64,000 bases of DNA, from NCBI GenBank assembly GCA_964187785.1, contig OZ076413.1:43836001-43900000 (forward strand). Direction: 5' to 3'. This document shows positions 50,301 to 59,300 of this stretch, piece by piece. Position numbers and translations under genes: made by a program. The stretch is from Amphiscolops sp. MND2022. Lineage: Eukaryota. The stretch's first letter is position 1. The number at the start of each line of letters is the position of its first letter. A model generated the notes under the pieces. That model was not told where the DNA came from, made no database searches, and was given only the letters and a program-made list of their open reading frames with translations.

Positions 50301-53300
50301 TCTTTCACTCTCAATAGACTTTCTTTTAATACATCGTATTTGGCAACTTCTCCTTTACAATGCTTGGTGATCAATATGTACACATAACGTCCTTTTTCAA
50401 CATCTTGGTACACTAGAAAACCTCCAACACGATTTACCGACTCTGCGAGAGGTGGTAAATGGGAATACTTTTTTACGAACGATTTCATGGGAGCAGTGGC
50501 TACTCTCATGTCGGCAGATACACACAAAACTAAGGAATCGGGGGATTCGAAAAATCTTCTCGATAACGGACTACCTCCCTAGGTGGGTGAGAAATTTGCA
50601 TTTTCAAATGCCGAGCTACATCCTCTGAGTTTTCCAATTTCTCACGAGCTTTGGTTCGGGCGGCTCGAAGATCGCATTCGGCTTCAAACAAAGCACTATC
50701 AAATTCGGTGAATTCGGGAATCGGTCCCCTTAACGCATCTTCTTCGCCGGGGAGCCATTGGGGTACGTCATTCGGTCGTCGACTAAGACCGTCCGCATTA
50801 CAATGTTTATCACCTGGACGATGTACTATTTGATAGTCATACTCCTGAAGTTTCTGAACCATTCGAAAGGTCATTCCATCCGCATTTTGCCTAAACAGCC
50901 ATTGAAGACTTGCATGATCTGTGCGAATAATACATTTGGATCCGTAAATGTACGGTTTGAACCACTGGACGGCTTGAACTACACCTAGCGCTTCTCTTTT
51001 GGTTGTTGCATAATTTACCTCCGTTTTAGTTAGAACTCGCGACTCAAAGGCAATTGGATACTCTATCCCATCGATCACTTGCGACAAAACTGCGCCGAGC
51101 GCCGTATCACTAGCATCGGTATCAATAATGAACGGAAGTTCAAAATTTGGAAATGCCAAAATTGGAGCTTCTAACAATCTTTTCTTCAGCGTTCGGAACG
51201 CTTTATCATGTTCTTCGGTCCATGTGAATTTTAATCCTTTGCTCGTCAACAAAAAGTGGCCTAGCCACTTCCGCGAAGTTTTGGACAAACTTCCGATAAT
51301 AGTTGCAGAAGGCAACAAATGAGCGAACTCCGGTGACGTCGGTCGGAGGCTCCCATTCGCGTACTGCCGCTAACTTTTTCGGATCCGGTTGGATCCCTTC
51401 CTTGTTAATCACATGACCTAGATAGTGGACCTCGGTGCGGAATAAGTTGCATTTCTTCGGTTTAAGACGTAAACCGGCTTTGCGCAAAACTATAAACACC
51501 TTTTCTAAATGCTCCAAATGCTCTTCTGGAGTTTTGCTAAACGTTAGCACATCATCTAGGAATATGAGCACATGTTTATGTAGATCTTCTTTAAAAATGT
51601 CGTTCATGTTCCTTTGGAAAGTTGGCGGGGCGTTCGTTAAGCCAAACGGCATTTTCAAGCACTCATATAATCCTCCATCCGGAGTACAAAACGCCGTTTT
51701 GTGCCGGTCTTCGGCCACGACTGGAATCTGCCAATAGCCACTTGCTAAATCGAGAGACGAGAAGACTCCCGCCCCTTGCAGTGCATCAATCGTTTGACCG
51801 ATCCGAGGCAACAGATACGCGTCCTTTACGGTAAGGTCGTTCAACTTTCGATAATCTATACACATTCGGTTTGAGCCGTCTTAGGCACCATTACTATGGG
51901 GCTGCTGAAAGGACTTTTACTCGGTACGATCACTCCTTTCTCAAGCATCTCGCGAATTTCTTCACGAACGGCTTCTAATTTATGCGGAGCAATTTTGTAG
52001 GGCGAAATTTTGAACGGTTTCGCATCGCCTATGTCTATGCGGTGTTCTACTCCTACAGCGGTTCCTAACGGGTCTGAAGGCAGTGAAAACACATCTCTGT
52101 AATCACGAATCAAATCTCGCAATTTTTCCTTTATTTCGGCATTCTCGAGTCCAGGGGTGGCTAAATTTAAAATTTCGTCAACTTCTTGTTCGAGTTTTTC
52201 GTTTATTTCGGAGGCCGCTGATACTGTGTCAGGACCGGGTACCGTTTCGCAAACAAATGCGTCATCTTCCGGCGGGGGAACATGACCGCTTAGGACTTGC
52301 ATGGGTACTTTGATGATGAAACCATCGTCTTTGGGGATCGTTAGTTTCTGTTCGACTAAGTCAGTCGAGCATTGATTTTCCATCATGAATTTTAAGCCAA
52401 TCATGATCTCAGGGTAGAGATCTTCTACAACCACGAATTCATCGGAAGCAACGCACGTTCCGATTTTAACTTCTGCTTTTACGATACCTTTGGTAGGCAT
52501 CTCGTTGGCTATTGGGCCTGTTAAACGACTGGGATTGGGGGCTATTGGGTTACCAATAGTCTTAGCCAATTCCAAATTCATCAAACTTCTACTCGCACCG
52601 GTGTCTATCATGGCCCAACAGCGTAGGCTTTCGACTTCATAGGGGATTAAAAGCGTGGCCCCTTAAATGTATTGACTATGGGTCAGTTTTCTCGATTTTA
52701 CCTCATCAGACCGGGCCTGATTTGGAAATTCCGGCTCTTTCTTGGACAAAATTTTCACAGAGCCAGGCTCAGCTTGTTCATCCTCAAAAAGATTTTGTAT
52801 GGGGGGACTATTTACAACAGGGGTATGGGATTCTTTTGGGAAAAAACCTCCCGGGCCAAACTCCTCACACATTTGTTTCCAAGTTTCGGGGTCGATCCGC
52901 ATACTGCGATTGCGCTGTCGCAAACGGCTATCGTTACTCCTAGACCTAGAACGAACACGCTAACTTGTTTGTGGAAAATTTGTAGCAGCTGGGGAAGGGA
53001 TGGAATCCCAAGCGCGAGTAGAGCCTGCTAATGCATACTCGGCTGTCGGTAGTTCAAAGAATTAGACTGCGGAAGACTTGGACATTGCTTAGCGTAGTGA
53101 CCTATCGCCTTACAATTAAAACATTCCGCTTCTTCGGGGGGAGGGTGCGAAACATTTAGCTGACCCGACGATCCTGCCCTATTTAGAGGCGCACGATAAC
53201 TAGGATTGAAAGGGGTTTGAAAACGGGGAGCTTGCCAACTCTGAGGCTGCCCACCAACCGGCCGTTGCGAACTTCCTAACGCTCCTACGATCGCAGATGA

Positions 53301-56300
53301 CATGTCTGTTATACTTTGTACTAGGGTTTCTGTTTGTCTGGTCGTCAACTCGGCTTGTTTCGAGGAACTTTGTTCTAAGTGTTTTGTCATTTGATCGGTT
53401 TGCTTGGAAATTTGCTGACAGATGGAATTTTCGAAGCGATCAAAACGATTCGCCACATTGGTAAGTGATGTTTGGATGGCGGCGAATTTTTCTTCTATTT
53501 GACTATTATTCGAATAGCCAGCTCTCACTAGATCGGGATCCTCATATTCGTCATACGAATAACGCAATTTATCAAGTTTCCGCTCTCTTTTTGATTCATG
53601 AGTCTTGTGGATTATTTCGAGTTCCTGTGCTCGTTGCAAGGTTTCCCCGAAATCACGGTCACGCTCGTCCTCATACAAATTAATTTGTATTCGCGAATCA
53701 AAAAGTCCTTCAATAAATTGATCCCTCATATCGCGTTCTCTTTCCCGGAGCGATTTTTCAGGAAAGGCTATATCAGCGAGTTGACGTACTCTTCTCGAGT
53801 AGTCTCTTAGGTCTTCATTTTCCCACTGTTTAACTGCTTTAAATTCCGACCGCGTAGCTCGCTGGCTGCGATATTGCTGCATTTTGGGTTTCAAAATTTC
53901 AAGTAGTTCATCAAACCGTGGGGGATAAGAACCTGGTTCTTTTTCAATATATCTTTGGGGGACAGTTTCAAATTCTTCAATAGCCCACGATGTTAAACAA
54001 GTAGGCATTGCTGCAATTTTTTGACTATCATTCCACCCATTTGCTTTAGCAACTGCTTTGAAGTGTTTTACCCAGCTTTCCCAGCGGTTGTAATCTTTGC
54101 CGGGGAACTTTTCTGGTTTTATTGGCGACTTTTCATATAAAGGTTTTTGTCTTCTCTTGGATTCATTTTCAAAAACCATGGAGTCGACAGAATCTAGGTC
54201 TGCTTCAATTTTGAATCTTTTAATTTCTTTTTCCATTTCTTTCAATCGCCGATAAGCATCTCTTTTACACTCCTTTTCCGTGGCGGCCAATCCTACGAAG
54301 GAAAGTTTAGTGGACTTACTGAGGAGTGGTTTACTACCACCTGTGACGGGAGTGTGGGTGCCGTTGGGATCTTCTTGGGTGGCGGGGGAAATCTGCTGAT
54401 CGTTGTCGTCGTCTCCAGACATCGTCAAGAAGGGTTCAGCAACTCACAAGGGGTGAAGGGAAGGTTTTGGGAAAGAAGTAAGCAAAGAAAGAGGAAATAA
54501 CAAAGACGCAAAGAAAGCCCACCCAGGAGCGCCAATGTAAGATTTTTAGTTTTCCAGTAGCTTTAACTATTTGTTGAGAATAGCTCCACTACAACTCAAT
54601 TAAACCCGTAGGTACCATGCACGAGACAAGGACTGGCTGAGTATCTACATAAATTTTTATTAACTCCGAAGAAGAGACGAATCAACTTAATCGAAGGCGG
54701 TGGGGGTAAGTGTGACAAGGAAATCACGATCTTTACAACTTTGCTATTTTTCCCTCTTTCAGGGGTTTGTCTCGCTACTCTTGGACTGTTTGAAATTATC
54801 TTTTCGCTGATGAAAAGAAGCAGGTTGAACTTTAATTACTATACATCAAATAAATAAGTCGAGTAATAGACACAAATACAATTTCACATCCACGAATGAT
54901 AGAATGAATAATATGATAACATCGATAATAGCGGAGAATATTACTGAGTATATTAGGAGGCATATTAGGAGGCATATAACACAAGAGAACAGTATACAAG
55001 AATTTCAGCAAGGTTAAGTTTTTTGTATCCGTAAGGATGGGGGTGATATCGAAGATATCGGAAGAGTCAACTCGCCGCAAAATCTCTATCGGTCTTGGAG
55101 TGAAAACAACAATCCGTGTATTATCAGCCCACTTAGGCTTAAACCGTGTATTATCGGCCCACTTAGGCTTAAACCGTGTATTATCAGCCCACTTAGGCTT
55201 AACCGTGTATTATCAGCCCACTTAGGCTCAACCGTGTATTATCAGCCCACTTAGGCTCAACCGTGTATTATCAGCCCACTTAGGCTCAACCGTGTATTAT
55301 CAGCCCACTTAGGCTCTTTTACATGTAATACGATAGACCAGCAGTCCACCCTACTCCCGGGTCGAAATCCGTACTAGCGAAAAGCGGGGTAGCAACAAAT
55401 CAGGCAGCTTCAGGTTGTTAGGCTGAAGGCACGGGCTAACCGGCCAGACGAAGTAAATCTGCAATTTCGATAGTCCGGCGTCTGATGCGGGATGCTATCG
55501 GACGCAAAGCAGCAAACCGTTCTCTAGATTTCAACTCACTTTGTGTGTCGCTGAAATGGCGCACACTTCGGCCTAAGTTACTTTTTCGGCAGTTTAGTCA
55601 TATCATTATTCATAGTTTATCATCTTTCCTTTTTAGGGTTCTGACTAAGTGTTGAGCAAAACAGTTTTTTTCCTACTTCGGTACTGAAAGTTCATTAGAA
55701 GTACATTTTCTCAGCACGAGTCGGTCCTAGTTCCACCTCCTTGTCAATCATGACTGATGGTTTTACTTCGTTTTCAATAGAATTTAAGGGGTGGTGCTAC
55801 TGACTCAGTGTTTCCCACTTTTGTAAGCACGACTTAACCTTCGGCTTACTGATTGACATTTGCACTTTTTGCCAGGTCTCTTTTTCTCACGCGGTTCCTG
55901 ACAACTCTCTCCAGCTAAATCTGGCTGAAGGAAATAATTTTCTACAATTTACAATGACCTAAAAGGCGATTTTAATTCATATCTAAAAAAGTCGATTTTC
56001 GTGTTACAACTTCTAAGGGCAAAAACTAGGTATTCCGATCACGGGGGGCAAAAACCAAGTACAACATTTGAAAGGACAATTCAAGGGCTACAAAAGCTTA
56101 CTCCATGGTTTTCTTTCTATTTCAACTCCTTCATAGTGAAAAACGCCTTTAAAGTTTGGTAGTCAAAAATCACCCAACGGTTTTCACGCAAATCTCAACT
56201 TTGGAGTGCTAGTACTCAGTCAATTTGAAAGATACAGGCTGGGGACTTATATACCTCGTTAGCCCAAGCCATTAGGAGTATTTTGCACTTTAGATGAGGT

Positions 56301-59300
56301 CTCTATCTTTTCTCAACAAAATTTGATAGTACTTTTTCTGAAAGTAGTCATTTTCCCGATTTTTATGTCTGGACTTTCAATTTTGGAGGCCAATATCTCG
56401 AAACCAGGTCATTTTTCGGAAAAACGCTTCTGCTAAACGCTGTGCGCCTGGGTCTTGTGCGTCTACCCTGAAAGTTTCAATTCGATATCGCCCAAAACAT
56501 GCGGGGGGGGGGGGGTTCGCATTTTGGTAGGTCGACATCCCTATCGGCAGAAAGAAATCACAACTTTAAATTCTTGGGGGTTCTTCGCTAGCGCGCCGCA
56601 GCACTCTATTTATTATTCTATTCACTCCTCCACTTCAATCCTCAAGTACGCTGTGAAGGGGGCGGCTATTGTGCGCTTACTCGTTGAGTACTAAGCGATA
56701 ACATGCGAAAAACGGCTTTTTAGGCCATTTTAGGGCTGTTTTTAACGTTTGCTGGCTCAGTTCTCAAAAACTACTGAATATTATTTATTTTCCAATTAAC
56801 ACAAGTTAGGGCATCCATTTATCTTTAATTTAAGCCATATCCGAACATTTTTTGACAACTGTAGCGATCACACGAAATTTTTAAAAGAAACTCAATTTTG
56901 GAAAATCGTCAAAATTTTATATGCACTTATTTTCAAAGCTTCCCCCCGATATGTTCCCGGGGTCGCACAACGCTCATATTCTCAACTTAAGCTCTCCTTT
57001 GGATGGGCTTTCGAATGTTGAAAACCGTTTGTTGCTATCTTTTTTCATCTTCGAGAAATCGGGTTTTGATTTTTAATTTCTATTAAGAGGGGGGGGGATT
57101 AATTCAAAGTGTGCGGCGGCCGTTTTCTTATTAGCTACGCGTACAGCCACTCACAGCGCGTTCTAATTTTCATTCCTTTCGCTTTCTGACACGCTTAGCT
57201 GAGTTGCATTCTATGCTGTTCACGCACACGGCGGAGTTTTCACTCTCGCTTACCCTCAAACCCATGTATTAACATAGTAATTTGACTAAATTTCTATTCA
57301 CAGTATTTTTTGACTTCTAATGCTTTTTCTGTGGAAATTCGTTACTGAAAAATTCTTAAATGTTTACTCAACACGTAGTCAGGTCAGAAAGGAACATTTT
57401 GGTGGTTTAATTTTTCTTATATTCGCAATAGGTATTGAGAAATTCAATGTTAAAGTTTCGTTCCGAATAGAATTTTCATACATAGTTCCAAGTGGTGGCG
57501 GCCGTATTACTGCATTAATACGTTGCGCGGTCGCTTCATTGTAGGTAAGAATGGTTATTTTGGTTGTCAACGGGACGGAATACAATAGGATTGACATTAA
57601 ACAATAAGGCGAGGTACTTAAAGTACTTACTGTTATCTTAACTTTTATAGATATCACACCCGGATCATCTACCTTGCTGAAGGCATAAAATTTAATAAAC
57701 ACCATCTTTCAGGCGAAAAAGTCAAAAATCCTACAGCTAGAAAGAAAGAAAGATGTACTCACTCTAACGACGTATCTGAACCTCTCTTGATCGAGTTGAT
57801 TGAGGATCTTGGATAGAGTGCTGTAGCAGTTCACTTCTTGGTGGAACTGATCCCGTCTTGCTATCTTCAAGGCGGCGCTGTTGGCCGAGGAGCTGCGATT
57901 CAGAGTGGACGTATTTCCTGATCTCTGCACCAAACACTAAGTTATATCAACTCGAAAATACTTGCAGATGAGAACAATTGATAAAAACTTCTCCCTGCAC
58001 TAATACTAGGAAATAACAAACAATACGGCAACGTTTAAAGTTTGCACTCCTGTTGAAGACTCAAAAAGCGCTCTTCTGAATATGCTAAAATTCTGTTTCC
58101 ATGAAAGGTCTGGAAAATTTAACACTGCCGGGATATTTACAAGGGAACCCTATGTACGCAAAGAAGGGTTTTCCAAACGAATTTTTAAAAAAATCAAAGA
58201 GGTGACCTTCTTGAGAAATGACAAAAAAATTCAAAAAAGTCTCTCAAGACCAAAAAAAACAAAGTTTCTTCCAGTTGCGTAAAGAAAAGTGAAATCATCA
58301 GTTAGCGTAAAAGGGCGGGCCCTTGAGATGTCTTCAAGGAGTAGGGCCAAAGTTTACAAACAACGTTATAACCTAATTTATATTTTCATGTCCGAATTAA
58401 TTTTATATGGATTATATCAGAAACAGAAATTTTGAACTTGACGAACCATATCTCTTCTCATTCTTTTTGACGAACAATATCTTTTTGACTTCTTCAAAAC
58501 CAATTTTTTTGAGTAGGAAAAGATTGATGATATAATTGCAGATTGACAATTTGATGATTTTCATACAAATTCAAAATGCAAAATTGGTTACATGACCCGG
58601 CATCTCTCTTCCCAGAGCACTCTGCGACACTGCAGATTGGCCTTATTCACGCCAAATGTTAGCAGATCGCAGGTATTTTTAAACATCCGTCTACTTTACA
58701 CATGAATTCAGATTTTGTAAAAATCCCAACAGTATGTTTTAATCAGGGTTTTACATAGATTTCGAATCTCTCAAAGCAGTAATCAAATAAGAATACTATA
58801 ACCACATGACTGATGATGAAAACACAACTGTCAATGATGAAATTTTCGAGGGTAAAAAATACGAGTACTTCATATTCAATCAATTTATTTTATAAAAGGT
58901 GCTATTCTTCCGGTGTCCCTTTTAGCCGGATCACTTTAGACAGTGTCACTCATCGCACCTATGTACAAGTACGAGGAAGTTACAAAATTGCAGCAAACTG
59001 TCAAATTACCAAACCAAACACTTTGCGATTACTGCCTCCTAGTACTCCGGTCAGCAAATAAGGACACCAGAATACATGAGTGAAATATTTATCATCATTA
59101 GCAAGACCACCACCGATGAATAAACGGTTAATTTAAGGTTTAAAAAAAGTAGGTTAACCATTTCGTTAAAACTGTTTGCGCAAACCTTCAAGGAATGCCT
59201 TACTGTTGAATTTCGTTTCAACAGCTTTACTCTTTCCTGAAATCATCATAATCTTGACTGAATAAATGAACTACACCAAGCAGGCATCGACGGTGATTAC

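Larger units (their letters stand above)
41832..57735 (-). mobile_element. Full-length env-bearing Ty3/Gypsy (ERV-like) element 2, 15.9 kb
   Basis: Two ~3.2-kb TG...CA LTRs, 5-bp TSD GCTAG (41827-41831 and 57736-57740), PBS, PPT, gene order gag-PR-RT-RH-macro-IN-env. Confidence 0.97.

Noticed and set aside
41832..57735. 3.2-kb direct repeats as a segmental duplication or assembly artefact
   Set aside because: TG..CA ends, an adjacent PBS and PPT, a 5-bp TSD and scattered substitutions identify them as LTRs.
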